The position numbers and the translations under genes were made by a program. A DNA stretch of 64,000 nucleotides from Vulcanimicrobiota bacterium (GTDB lineage Bacteria; Vulcanimicrobiota; Xenobia; Xenobiales; JADMJV01), in the NCBI GenBank assembly GCA_050250895.1, contig JBFWNU010000007.1, positions 64,001-128,000 on the forward strand. Direction: 5' to 3'. The notes below the pieces were generated by a model. It was not told the DNA's origin. It saw only the letters and a program-made list of their open reading frames with translations, and did no database searches. Below are positions 27,103 through 36,678 of the stretch, in pieces. Every line of letters starts with the position of its first letter. Within the stretch, counting starts at the first letter, position 1.

Positions 27103-28392
27103 ATGGCGGACGCGGCCAAGGCCCCTTTTGTGGGCCGTCGGGAATATTTCGGCTGTTTGATCTATGATCGGTCGAATAGCGATTATATTCCCTTCGATCA
27201 AGAGGCCACTGAAATCTTCGAGTTGAGCGTGGACCGCTCGCTCGATGAGGTCTATCGAGAACTGTCTGACTCGGTCACGCGCCAGTCTTTCGACACGTTC
27301 GTTCAGCTCTGCTCGAGCATCGGGCTGTTCGAGAACGGCACCTTCAAAGGCGTTTTTCTAGAAGACAAGACCCCGGCCGGCTTTTACCATCTCTCGGCAC
27401 CGACGCTGGTTTATCTTCAATTGACCCGCTACTGCAACCTGGCCTGTAAGCACTGCTGGGCCGAGGCTGGGGCGGCCCGCCCGCGCGAATTGACGATTCT
27501 CGAAGTTCGCAAACTGCTCGACCAGATGTCCGAGATGGGTGTCTATAAATTGCGTCTCGGTGGGGGAGAGCCCCTGGGCCGCGGCGACTGGTATGATATC
27601 GTCAAATACGCCAACGACCGTGGCATTCGAGCCAGCCTCTCCACCAACGCCACTATGGCTACCCGGGCTGTGGCCTCCAAAATTGGCGAGCTCGACATCG
27701 ACGAGATCAAGGTCAGTCTCGAGGCGGCCAGCGAGAAGAGCTACGACTATATCCGGGGCGAGCGATCCTATCGCAAGGCCATCCGCGGCATCAAGAACCT
27801 CAAAGAGCTGGCCAACGCTCCGGTCTATTTCCATACCGTTTTGCAGCGCGACAACCTGACCGAGATCCCGGCTCTGGTCAAGCAGGCCGAGAAGCATCAG
27901 GTCGATCGCATCGTTTTCGATGTCATCGTCGGGTCGGGGCGCGCCCGCGAAAACCAACGATTGCTGTTGACTCCAGAAGAGGCCAACAATGCCCTGGATC
28001 TGGCTCGCCGGATCGGTCAGACCAGCCGGGTCAAAGTCGAGGTGGCCAATCGGGTCCCGCCGCCCTATCAGAAGAAGCGAGTTTTCGAAGGCTTCGGCTC
28101 CGAAGGTGGACGACTGCATCTGCACGTCAACTCGGAAGGTGTGGTATCGGCCAGCGGTTTCGTGAGCGAGCTGCTGCCGGCGGGCAACATTCGTGACAAG
28201 TCTCTGCGCGAGATCTGGGAAGAAGGCCCCGGCTTCAAGAGCTTGCGAAGCAGCCCCGGCAACCAGGTCTGCAACAACTGCGATTACTTCCGCTCTTGCC
28301 GCGGTGGGTCGCGCTCGCGGACTTATGCTACTCTCGGGTCGCTAACCGAGCCCGATCCGATGTGCCTGGTGGCCAAAGAGGCTGTTCGTTGA
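27103..28392 (+). CDS. Radical SAM/SPASM-domain protein with N-terminal RRE(PqqD/MftB)-like domain
   Basis: C111xxxC115xxC118, 'GGEP', 'STN'; C-terminal CxxCx5C...DPMC; N-terminal 'RREYFGCLIYD...' followed by helices; GGAGG RBS. Confidence 0.9.
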   Translation: MADAAKAPFVGRREYFGCLIYDRSNSDYIPFDQEATEIFELSVDRSLDEVYRELSDSVTRQSFDTFVQLCSSIGLFENGTFKGVFLEDKTPAGFYHLSAPTLVYLQLTRYCNLACKHCWAEAGAARPRELTILEVRKLLDQMSEMGVYKLRLGGGEPLGRGDWYDIVKYANDRGIRASLSTNATMATRAVASKIGELDIDEIKVSLEAASEKSYDYIRGERSYRKAIRGIKNLKELANAPVYFHTVLQRDNLTEIPALVKQAEKHQVDRIVFDVIVGSGRARENQRLLLTPEEANNALDLARRIGQTSRVKVEVANRVPPPYQKKRVFEGFGSEGGRLHLHVNSEGVVSASGFVSELLPAGNIRDKSLREIWEEGPGFKSLRSSPGNQVCNNCDYFRSCRGGSRSRTYATLGSLTEPDPMCLVAKEAVR

Positions 28393-28586
28393 GCGAGTCG
28401 TCATTTTCTCTGACGCCGCGCGAAGAGGCCAGGCTTACGCTGCCGAACTGCCCCGGTTGCGATACGCCTCTCGAGGTGGCGGGGTTGGGTCTCAACGAAG
28501 AGACCACCTGTCCCCACTGCGGAGTCGTGATTTTGTTGGTTCGCATCGATGGGGTGCGAATGTTTCTGCGCGACGGCTGGACTTGA
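28389..28586 (+). CDS. Small zinc-ribbon protein (LysW-like CPxC...CPHC)
   Basis: TTG start overlaps the rSAM TGA (TTGA); 65 aa with 'CPGCDTPLEV...EETTCPHCG'. Confidence 0.65.
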   Translation: MSESSFSLTPREEARLTLPNCPGCDTPLEVAGLGLNEETTCPHCGVVILLVRIDGVRMFLRDGWT

Positions 28587-28688
28587 GCGGGCCGCCGATT
28601 CGAGGGTAAGCTCCCGGGCGTGTCGAAAATCTTTGATGGGGGCGCCGTTTGGCTTTGCCAGCGGCTTTGATGGAGTGAACCTGGCTGG

Positions 28689-30650
28689 ATGTTGGCAGCG
28701 CGCTGGTTGATCTACCTGGGAGGAGGGGTTATCGCCCTCCTCTACAGCTATTTCTCCGGCGGCACGGTGATCACCACCTCCATCTATCGACTGTTGTTCG
28801 TGTTGGCCTCGACCCTTGCCTATCTGAGCTATGTCTCTTACTTCGGCCAGGGCCGGCTACCTTTGCCCATGCGATTGGGTTTGATTTTTTGCGAGGTGGC
28901 TCTGGTGAGCCTGCTGGTGGCGCTTACCGGCGGCCTGGCCAGCCCGTTTGTCTCGCTGTTGTGGTTGCTGGTGATTCTCAATTCCGTCGATCATGGCGAG
29001 CAGCTCGGAGTGGCGGCCGCTTTGTTATGCTGTCTGGGACTGGGGGCCATGGCCCGCGGGATGGGAGTCTACTCTCCCTCGCAACTGGGCGGATTATGGT
29101 TGGGACTGGTCGCCATGGGAGCCCTGGGCTTTGTGCTCGGCGGTCGGCAAAGCGGCGGCGAAGCCAGCTACGGCGGTGATGCCAGTCGCGAGATCGACCG
29201 GGCCCACCGCATCGCTCGCCAGCAGTCACGCGAGCGTAAGGTTCGCGAAGAGCAGCTGTACTACGAGCGACGACGATTCGAGGGCCTGGTCGAGGTGGCT
29301 AATAGCCTGGCCAGTCTGCGCACCCGCGACGAGTTGCTCAGCCAGATTGTCGAGCGCGCGCTCGAGCAGATGGAAGTCGAGGCTTCGGCGGTGTTGCTGC
29401 TCGACGAAGAGAACCACCTGGTCGTCAGCGAGGCGCGGGGGGTCAGTATTCCCACCCGCCAGCGCCTGGAGGGCCCCGTGGGGGAATGTTTCCTCGGGCG
29501 AGTGCTTCAGACCGGAGACATCCTGACGTTCGACGAGAGCCAGACTCACGAGGTGCTGCATCACTATGGTGAACTGGGCGCCTTCTCCGAGGTGGTGCGT
29601 GGCTCGCACCAGGCCCTCAATCAGGGTTTCACCAATCGGGGCGAGACTTTTCGCAACTTCATCGTGGTGCCGCTCTTTACGTCTCAGGACCGCTTTTCGT
29701 TTGGTTTGCTCTTTGTGGCCAATCTGCGCTCGCGTGACTGTTACTCTTCCAATGATGTCGGCTACCTCCGGATTTTGGCCACCAACGCCGCCATCGCGCT
29801 GCGCAATCTCGAGGCCAAATCGCGCATTGAGCAGACGCACTTTGAGATGATCCAGGCCCTGGCCCAGGCCATCGAAGCCAAGGACCTTTACACCAGCAAC
29901 CACGTCGGACGCGTGCGTGATCTTTCGGTTCGCATCGCCGAGGTGATGGGATTGGCCCGGGAAGAGGTGCGCGAGATCGGGATCGCGGCCACCCTCCATG
30001 ATGTTGGCAAGATCTCGACCCCCGATCGCATTCTCTCTAAACCTGGGGCGCTCGATGCCGAGGAATACGAGACGATGAAGGCTCACGCCGAGAACGGAGC
30101 CAACATTCTCAAGAACATCAAGAGCCTGCCCCCGTCCGTCCATCGTATGGTGCTGCACCACCACGAGCGTTGGGACGGCAAAGGTTATCCTCGCGGCCTG
30201 GTCGGCGACCAGATCCCCCTGGGAGCCCAGATCATCTCGGTGGCTGACTGCTACGACGCCATGACCTGGGACCGTCCGTATCGCCGAGGCTTCTCCAAGG
30301 AGGAGGCTCTCAAGCGCATGGAACATGGCTGCGGCACCCAGTTCAACTCGAAGATCCTGTGTGCTTTCTTTGCGATGTGTGGCTATCAGCCACGTCACTC
30401 TCCCGAGGCGGTTGCTTCCTTCGCCCAGACGAGCCAATCGTTGCAATTGGAGCGGCCGCCCACGTTCAGTTTTGCCACAATGTCCGAGGTTCCCGAAATC
30501 GGGGTTTATCCTGGATTTCAGGAAGGTGGCACGCCGGCCGCCTCGGCCGGGCGCGCAAATGCGGGCTCGACGAAGGAAAAGCGCCGGGTTCTTCAAATCG
30601 AAACCAAAAAGCCCTCGGTCCTACATATCGAACCCGACAAGGAGTCTTGA
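28689..30650 (+). CDS. Membrane-bound GAF + HD-GYP domain phosphodiesterase
   Basis: About 5 N-terminal TMs, GAF domain, 'KD.YT..H..RV', 'LHDVGK', 'HHERWDGKGYP', 'VADCYDAMT..RPYR'. Confidence 0.92.
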   Translation: MLAARWLIYLGGGVIALLYSYFSGGTVITTSIYRLLFVLASTLAYLSYVSYFGQGRLPLPMRLGLIFCEVALVSLLVALTGGLASPFVSLLWLLVILNSVDHGEQLGVAAALLCCLGLGAMARGMGVYSPSQLGGLWLGLVAMGALGFVLGGRQSGGEASYGGDASREIDRAHRIARQQSRERKVREEQLYYERRRFEGLVEVANSLASLRTRDELLSQIVERALEQMEVEASAVLLLDEENHLVVSEARGVSIPTRQRLEGPVGECFLGRVLQTGDILTFDESQTHEVLHHYGELGAFSEVVRGSHQALNQGFTNRGETFRNFIVVPLFTSQDRFSFGLLFVANLRSRDCYSSNDVGYLRILATNAAIALRNLEAKSRIEQTHFEMIQALAQAIEAKDLYTSNHVGRVRDLSVRIAEVMGLAREEVREIGIAATLHDVGKISTPDRILSKPGALDAEEYETMKAHAENGANILKNIKSLPPSVHRMVLHHHERWDGKGYPRGLVGDQIPLGAQIISVADCYDAMTWDRPYRRGFSKEEALKRMEHGCGTQFNSKILCAFFAMCGYQPRHSPEAVASFAQTSQSLQLERPPTFSFATMSEVPEIGVYPGFQEGGTPAASAGRANAGSTKEKRRVLQIETKKPSVLHIEPDKES

Positions 30651-30652
30651 AC

Positions 30653-31630
30653 GTGAGTTTCGAGCAGAACATACCAGACCAGCTTCTCCAGGCCCTTCGC
30701 GCTAGTCGAAGGGTATTGCTGGCTGCCCACATTGGTCTCGACGGTGACCATCTCGGCTCGATGCTCGCCCTTCGTAAGGCGCTCGAGATCCTGGGGAAAG
30801 AAGTGGTGGCCTATCTGCCCGAAACGGTCCCGCCCAACTATCATTTCTTGCTCGACCTCGACAAGCTTTCGCCAGAATTGCCCGGCCACGACTTCGATAC
30901 CATCATTACCCTCGAGTGCCCTAACGTAGCCCGACTGCCGGCCGGGGTCGAGGTCAAGTCGACCCCCGCCACCGTGATCAATCTCGATCATCATCCCGAC
31001 AACGAGATGTATGGTCAGCACATCTGGGTCGAGCCCCAGGCGGCTGCTCTAGGCGAGATGATTTGCGACCTCATCGAAAGACTCGACGTGCCGCTGGATC
31101 GGGCGATGGCTATGGGCCTCTATGTGGCCATTCTGACCGATACAGGCTCGTTTCAATACTCGCGAGTGCGCCCGGCCACCCATCGCCGGCTGGCTCGTTT
31201 GCTCGAGTTCAATTTGCCAACCGATCTGATCGCTCGTTCGATCTACCGTCAAAGCCGGCCCGAAGTGCTCAAGTTGCTCGGGCATGTGCTCACCGACGTA
31301 AGCGTTACCGACAACGGCCAGGTTGCCTGGGCCGAGATCCCTTTCGAGCGGATGCAATCGTATGGGGTCCGGCCCGAAGATACACAGTTTTTCATCGATG
31401 ATGTGGATCGGGTGGCCGGTCCCGAGGTGGTCACGCTCTTTCGCGAACTCGGCGACGGGCGCATCAAGGTCAGTCTTCGTTCCAAGGACGCGCCGATCAA
31501 CGCCGTGGCGGCCAAGTTCGGCGGGGGAGGGCACGCCAAAGCCGCCGGTTGCGTGGTCAAAGGCGACTTGAGCGAAGTGCGGGCCATGGTGGTGGAGGCG
31601 GTCACCGAAAGTCTGCGGGTAAATGCCTGA
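30653..31630 (+). CDS. nrnA: DHH-family phosphoesterase (NrnA-like nanoRNase/PAP phosphatase)
   Basis: 'H...DGD..GS', 'NLDHH', 'TDTGSF', DHHA1 'GGGGHAKAAG'; AAGGAG 8 nt before GTG 30653. Confidence 0.88.
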   Translation: MSFEQNIPDQLLQALRASRRVLLAAHIGLDGDHLGSMLALRKALEILGKEVVAYLPETVPPNYHFLLDLDKLSPELPGHDFDTIITLECPNVARLPAGVEVKSTPATVINLDHHPDNEMYGQHIWVEPQAAALGEMICDLIERLDVPLDRAMAMGLYVAILTDTGSFQYSRVRPATHRRLARLLEFNLPTDLIARSIYRQSRPEVLKLLGHVLTDVSVTDNGQVAWAEIPFERMQSYGVRPEDTQFFIDDVDRVAGPEVVTLFRELGDGRIKVSLRSKDAPINAVAAKFGGGGHAKAAGCVVKGDLSEVRAMVVEAVTESLRVNA

Positions 31631-32906
31631 GAACCCTACGTTCGCCATTCATACCCTCGGTTGCCGCGCCAATCAGGCCGAGTCCGAGCGAATGCGCGAT
31701 ATCCTCGTCTCGGCCGGCTTTGCCGAGGTAGCCTTCGGGCAACCTGCCGACTGCCAGGTGGTCAATACCTGCACCGTTACCCGCGAAGCCGACCGCAAGT
31801 CGCGCCAGATGATCCGTCGGGCTCTGCGGTTAAGCCCGACCGTAGTGGCCACTGGTTGTGCCGTGGCCGACCGGGGCGGAGTCAAGAATCTGCCGGGCAC
31901 GGCCCTGCGCTTGCCCCCGGAGCGGACCGAAGAGTTGTTGAGCTTGCTCGGTGCCGAGCGTTGTCCGGCCACCGAACTCGTCGAGAGAGAGACGCTGGCG
32001 ACACGCACCAGGGCGCTGTTGAAGGTGCAGGATGGCTGCGACCAGTTTTGCAGTTTCTGTATCGTGCCGTACGTGCGGGGCCGCAGTCGCAGCCGGCCGG
32101 TGGCCGAAGTGGTGGAAGAGGCTCGGCGTCTCGAGCAGCAGGGTTATCAAGAGATCGTGCTGACCGGCATTCATCTCTCCATCTGGGGCCACGACCTGGA
32201 GGGCGCGCCGGACCTGGCCGACCTGGTCGAGGCCATTTTGACCGCCACCGAGAGGCCTCGCATTCGCTTGAGCTCGGTCGAGCCCGATCGCTTCCCGGCT
32301 CGGATATTCGAGTTGATGACCCAGGCCTCGGGCCGCCTTTGCCCCCATCTGCATCTGGTGCTTCAGCACGCCAGTGACGTCGTGCTCGAGCGCATGCGAA
32401 GAGGCTACACGCTGGCCCACTACCGGGGCCTGGTAGACGAGTTTTTCCAGCGCGTGCCCGACGCCTGCCTGACCACCGACCTGATGGTGGGCTTTCCCGG
32501 CGAGACCGACCAGGACTTCGCCTGCCTGATGGATTACGTGCGCCAAACACCCTTTTATCGCGTGCACGTATTCCCTTACAGCCTGAGACCGGGGACGACC
32601 GCCTCGAAGTTTTCCGACCAGGTGGAACCGGCCGTCAAGAACCATCGGCGCGATCGCTTGCTGCGTCTGGTCGAGAAAAAACGCGTCGAATTCTTGCGCG
32701 CTAACTATGGACGCACGGCTCGAGTGCTGGTGGAAACGGTCGAGCGGCCAGGTTGGGTGAAGGGTGTGAGCCACAACTATCTCAACGTGGCTTTTCGGGG
32801 CGGGCCGCGGCTGCTGGGTCGGACTCTCGACGTTCGCCTGGAACGGCGCCGTAAAGACCTTCTGGTGGGCAGCCTGGTGGGGGAGGACTTCCCGCGCCCC
32901 CATTGA
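31623..32906 (+). CDS. mtaB: tRNA t6A37 methylthiotransferase MtaB
   Basis: 'TLGCRANQAE', 'NTCTVT..AD.KSR', 'KVQDGCDQFCSFC', 'LTGIHL', 'HVFPYS.RPGT', C-terminal TRAM domain. Confidence 0.9.
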   Translation: MPENPTFAIHTLGCRANQAESERMRDILVSAGFAEVAFGQPADCQVVNTCTVTREADRKSRQMIRRALRLSPTVVATGCAVADRGGVKNLPGTALRLPPERTEELLSLLGAERCPATELVERETLATRTRALLKVQDGCDQFCSFCIVPYVRGRSRSRPVAEVVEEARRLEQQGYQEIVLTGIHLSIWGHDLEGAPDLADLVEAILTATERPRIRLSSVEPDRFPARIFELMTQASGRLCPHLHLVLQHASDVVLERMRRGYTLAHYRGLVDEFFQRVPDACLTTDLMVGFPGETDQDFACLMDYVRQTPFYRVHVFPYSLRPGTTASKFSDQVEPAVKNHRRDRLLRLVEKKRVEFLRANYGRTARVLVETVERPGWVKGVSHNYLNVAFRGGPRLLGRTLDVRLERRRKDLLVGSLVGEDFPRPH

Positions 32907-32931
32907 AGGCACGGCTCTTACGGAGTGAGCT

Positions 32932-33807
32932 ATGGCGGGTCTGTTCGACAAATTGCGGTCCCATCGTCCGCGGGTTGAGCCTCCTCAGGAGGGCCCTCAA
33001 CGGACGGGCGCGGCACCGACCGATCTCTGGATGAAATGCCGCGAGTGTTCGGCCGTTCTTTACCGAAAGAACTTCGTCGAGAATCTCAAGGTCTGTGAGC
33101 AATGCGGTCATCATGAAAAGATGACCGCTCGCGAGCGTTTGGCTTCGTTGGCCGATCCAGACAGTTTTCAAGAGTGGGACAAAGGCCTGCTAGCCGAAGA
33201 TCCGCTCGAGTTTGGCGAAGAATACCGCGCCAAGCTGGTCGCTGACCGCGAGAAGACGGGTCTCGACGACGCCATCCTGACCGGCAAGATCACCCTCGAC
33301 GGCATGCCCATCGCCCTGGGAATCATGGATTTCCACTTCCGGGGCGGTTCGATGGGCTCGGTGGTGGGCGAGAAGATCTGCCGTCTGCTCGAGCGAGCCG
33401 CTCAAGAGCAGATGCCGGCAGTGGTCGTGACCTGTTCGGGCGGGGCGCGCATGCAAGAGGGCATGCTGAGCCTGATGCAGATGGCCCGCACCTCGGCCGC
33501 CGTGCGTCGCCTGGCGGCGGCCAACCAGCCCTACTTCGTCATCTTGACCGACCCCACCACCGCCGGAGTGGCGGCTTCGTTTGCGTCCCTGGGCGACGTC
33601 ATCATGGCCGAACCCAAGGCCATTATCGGCTTCTCCGGGGCCCGGGTGATCGAGCAGACCATCCGCCAGAAGCTTCCCCCGGGTTTCCAGACCTCCGAGT
33701 TCTATCAAAAGCACGGCTTTATCGACTCGGTCGTGCCGCGACCCGAGCTTCGTCAGGCCCTGATTCGATTGGTAGCCTACTTTGTTCGACCGGTGGTGAA
33801 GGCATGA
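32932..33807 (+). CDS. accD: Acetyl-CoA carboxylase carboxyltransferase beta subunit
   Basis: Zinc finger 'W.KC..C...VC..C', 'GGSMGSVVGEK', 'SGGARMQEG'. Confidence 0.97.
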   Translation: MAGLFDKLRSHRPRVEPPQEGPQRTGAAPTDLWMKCRECSAVLYRKNFVENLKVCEQCGHHEKMTARERLASLADPDSFQEWDKGLLAEDPLEFGEEYRAKLVADREKTGLDDAILTGKITLDGMPIALGIMDFHFRGGSMGSVVGEKICRLLERAAQEQMPAVVVTCSGGARMQEGMLSLMQMARTSAAVRRLAAANQPYFVILTDPTTAGVAASFASLGDVIMAEPKAIIGFSGARVIEQTIRQKLPPGFQTSEFYQKHGFIDSVVPRPELRQALIRLVAYFVRPVVKA

Positions 33808-34784
33808 GCATCATTCTTGAAGTCGAAAAGCCTCTGCTCGAACTCGAGAAGAAGATCAAAGAACTCAAAGAGGTCAACTTGACCGGTCAAGTCGACCTCT
33901 CGAGCGAGATACGGCTGCTCGAGCGCAAGGCCGAGCAACTCAAGAAGAGCATCTACGAGAACCTCACCGGATGGGACCGGGTTCAGATTGCCCGTCACGC
34001 GGCCCGGCCCACCACCCAAGAATATATCCAGACCCTGTTCACCGAGTTCACCGAGTTGCACGGAGACCGCTTGCTGGGTGACGACCCGGCCATCGTGGCC
34101 GGGTTGGCCCGCTTCGAGGGGCGAGCATGCGTGGTCATGGGTCACCAGAAGGGCAAAGAGACCAAAGAGAACCTGGCCCGCAATTTTGGTATGCCCAACC
34201 CCGAAGGCTTCCGCAAAGCGGCCCGTCTGATGCGGATGGCGGCCCGTTTTGGCTTTCCGATTTTCACCTTCGTGGATACTCCCGGCGCCTACCCCGGCAT
34301 CGTAGCCGAGGAGCGAGGTCAGTTCGAAGCCATCGCCTCGAGCATCGCGTTGATGACGGAACTGCCGGTGCCGATTTTGACCGTGGTCATCGGCGAGGGC
34401 GGCAGCGGAGGGGCGCTGGGGATCGCCGTCGGCGATCGGGTCTTGATCCTCGAGAACAGCGTCTATTCGGTGATTTCTCCGGAAGGGTGCGCCACGATTT
34501 TGTGGCGCGATGCGGCTAAAGCCAAGGACGCAGCCTGCAAACTGGGACTGACCAGCGATATTCTCAAGCGGTTCGGGTTGGTCGACGAGATCTTGTCCGA
34601 GCCTCTGGGCGGCGCTCACCGCGATCCAGAAGGGGTCATGCGCGGGGTGGGCCAGGCGCTCTCGAAGCATCTGGAAAGCCTGCTCAAGCTCTCTGGGGAA
34701 GAGCTGGTCGAGGGTCGTTACCACAAGTATCGGCAAATGGGGCGGCTGCGCGACGAGAGCCTGGCCGAGGCCCCTTCCAACTGA
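33804..34784 (+). CDS. accA: Acetyl-CoA carboxylase carboxyltransferase alpha subunit
   Basis: 'ELHGDR', 'NFGMPNPEGFRKA', 'DTPGAYPG', 'GEGGSGGA', 'YSVISPEG'. Confidence 0.97.
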   Translation: MSIILEVEKPLLELEKKIKELKEVNLTGQVDLSSEIRLLERKAEQLKKSIYENLTGWDRVQIARHAARPTTQEYIQTLFTEFTELHGDRLLGDDPAIVAGLARFEGRACVVMGHQKGKETKENLARNFGMPNPEGFRKAARLMRMAARFGFPIFTFVDTPGAYPGIVAEERGQFEAIASSIALMTELPVPILTVVIGEGGSGGALGIAVGDRVLILENSVYSVISPEGCATILWRDAAKAKDAACKLGLTSDILKRFGLVDEILSEPLGGAHRDPEGVMRGVGQALSKHLESLLKLSGEELVEGRYHKYRQMGRLRDESLAEAPSN

Positions 34785-36181
34785 TGCTTCGCAAAACCAG
34801 AATCGTCGCTACCATCGGTCCGGCCAGCAGCTCCGAGGAGATGATCGAAAAGCTTCTCGAGGCCGGCATGAATGTTGCCCGCCTCAATTTTTCCCACGGC
34901 ACTCACCACCAGCATGCCGAGGTTTTTGCCCGCCTGCGAAGCATCAGCGAGCGGCTGGGTAAACCGCTGGGCATTTTGCAGGACCTGTGTGGCCCCAAGA
35001 TCCGGCTGGGCGAGATGAAGCCCGACACGCACTTTGGCAACGGGGAACTGGTTCGATTCGTCAGCCACGAAATGGTGGGCGATGCTCATCAGGCCGAGAT
35101 CAGCTACGACGGGCTTTTTCGCGAGGTCAGAGTCGGTGACCGAATCCTTATCGACGACGGCCTGCTCGAGCTGGTGGTCGAAGAGATCGAGGGCGAGGCC
35201 GTGCTGGCCCGGGTCAGGGTCGGCGGACCGGCCCGCTCGCGCAAAGGGGTGAATCTTCCGGGCGTGGCCCTCTCGGTGCCGGCTCTGACCGACAAGGACC
35301 GCGAAGATCTTCGCTTTGGTCTCGAGCTGGGCGTTGACCTGGTGGCTCTGTCTTTCGTGCGCCGGCCCGGCGACCTCGAAGCCGCCCGCGAGGCGATGCG
35401 AGAGGCCGGCCGTCGAGTGCCTTTGATCGTCAAGATCGAAAAGCCCGAGGCCCTGTTGAATCTCGAAGAGATCGTAACCAGAGCCGACGGGGTGATGGTG
35501 GCTCGTGGCGACCTCGGTGTCGAGATGCCCCTGGAAGAGGTGCCGCTCATCCAGAAAAAGCTGATTAACCTCTGTGTGGAAAAGGCTCGACCGGTGATTA
35601 CCGCCACCCAGATGCTCGAGTCCATGGTGGTCTCGGCGCGTCCGACCCGGGCCGAGGTGAACGATGTCGCCAACGCGATTCTCGACGGCACCGATGCGGT
35701 CATGCTCAGCGCCGAGACGGCCACCGGCGCTTATCCCGACCGGGCCGTCGAGGTGATGTCCCGGATCGCCGCCCGCACCGAAGAAAGCCTGGATTGGCTG
35801 TCCATCCACAAGAAGACTCCTCCCAAAGGGCACGCTGTCGAAGCGGTAGCCCTGGCCGCCTGCGAGGTCGCCGAAGAGATTTCAGCTGGCGCCATCCTGG
35901 CTTGCAGCAGTAGCGGTCGCACGGTCCGAGCGATCTCGCGCTACCGGCCTCGAGCTCGCATCCTGGGGATCACCACCGACCCGCAGATCGCCCGTCGTTT
36001 CTCGGTCAGCTGGGGAGTTACTCCGATTGTAGTGTCCGACCACCAGACTACCGATGAACTGATCGAACTGGCCATGGAAGCCGCCCGCCAACACGGGGTG
36101 CCCACCGGCCAACCGGTAGTCATCGCCGCCGGTGTCCCGGTCGGTTCTCCTACCAACATGGTCACCGTCCGCACCCTCTAG
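34784..36181 (+). CDS. pyk: Pyruvate kinase
   Basis: 'TIGPAS', 'ARLNFSHG', 'KIEK', 'MVARGDLGVE', 'ATQMLESM', 'DAVMLS.ETA.G'. Confidence 0.98.
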   Translation: MLRKTRIVATIGPASSSEEMIEKLLEAGMNVARLNFSHGTHHQHAEVFARLRSISERLGKPLGILQDLCGPKIRLGEMKPDTHFGNGELVRFVSHEMVGDAHQAEISYDGLFREVRVGDRILIDDGLLELVVEEIEGEAVLARVRVGGPARSRKGVNLPGVALSVPALTDKDREDLRFGLELGVDLVALSFVRRPGDLEAAREAMREAGRRVPLIVKIEKPEALLNLEEIVTRADGVMVARGDLGVEMPLEEVPLIQKKLINLCVEKARPVITATQMLESMVVSARPTRAEVNDVANAILDGTDAVMLSAETATGAYPDRAVEVMSRIAARTEESLDWLSIHKKTPPKGHAVEAVALAACEVAEEISAGAILACSSSGRTVRAISRYRPRARILGITTDPQIARRFSVSWGVTPIVVSDHQTTDELIELAMEAARQHGVPTGQPVVIAAGVPVGSPTNMVTVRTL

Positions 36182-36410
36182 CCAGCTGGAAGTGCGACCA
36201 AGCCGAGTACGGCGCCACGAAGTGCCGTCCTCGCGGCGCCTGGCTGGTGGCTCCCGGCCCTCGTGGACCCGGCCAGCAGGCGGACCCTCCGACCCGGCTC
36301 ACCGGTCTTCCGCACGGAAGTAGCCGGCCGGTCTTCCCGCTCTAAACGGCCTGGTCTAAGCGGGCGGTCACGGTAGGGCACGATGGCGGTGGGCGTAAGC
36401 GGGAGTCTTG

Positions 36411-36678
36411 ACGCGGGGGTGGGCGCAAACTGGTGCTTTAACGCGGAGTTCAGCGGAGGACGCAAAGGTCGCGGAGGGGGTGCAGGTTTGGGGGAGTAGG
36501 CTCTCTAGCGATTTTTTATGGTGGAGGTCGCTGGGGCTGGAAGGTCGCTACCGGGTAGTGCTAGGCGCGGCCGGTGCCGAAGGACTCCGCGTTCTCCGCG
36601 ATCTCAGCGGTTTTGTAAACGAGGGGGCGTAAACTGGCGTTTTAACGCGGAGTTCAGCGGAGGGCGCAAAGGTCGCGG
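36411..36678. repeat. Third copy plus a partial fourth copy of the ~220-bp repeat
   Basis: Same core (GCAGGTTTGGGGGAGTAGGCTCTCTAGCGATTTTTTATGGT) and right arm (GCCGAAGGACTCCGCGTTCTCCGCGATCTCAGCGGTTT) as 25737-25958; a new unit head starts at about 36626. Confidence 0.85.

Noticed and set aside
28099-28311. Selenocysteine or recoding at the missing SPASM cysteines
   Set aside because: The codons are ordinary Ser codons (TCC, AGC, TCG), not TGA.
26751-28392. Mycofactocin, PQQ or SCIFF cluster
   Set aside because: No IDGMCGVY, ExxxY PqqA-like or SCIFF-type precursor, and none of the accompanying tailoring genes.
29226-30596. Long antisense ORFs (also 202-1086, 21680-22825, 34718-35833, 37207-39630, 60871-61806)
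   Set aside because: Shadow frames opposite well-conserved genes, as expected with high-GC codon bias; no motifs.
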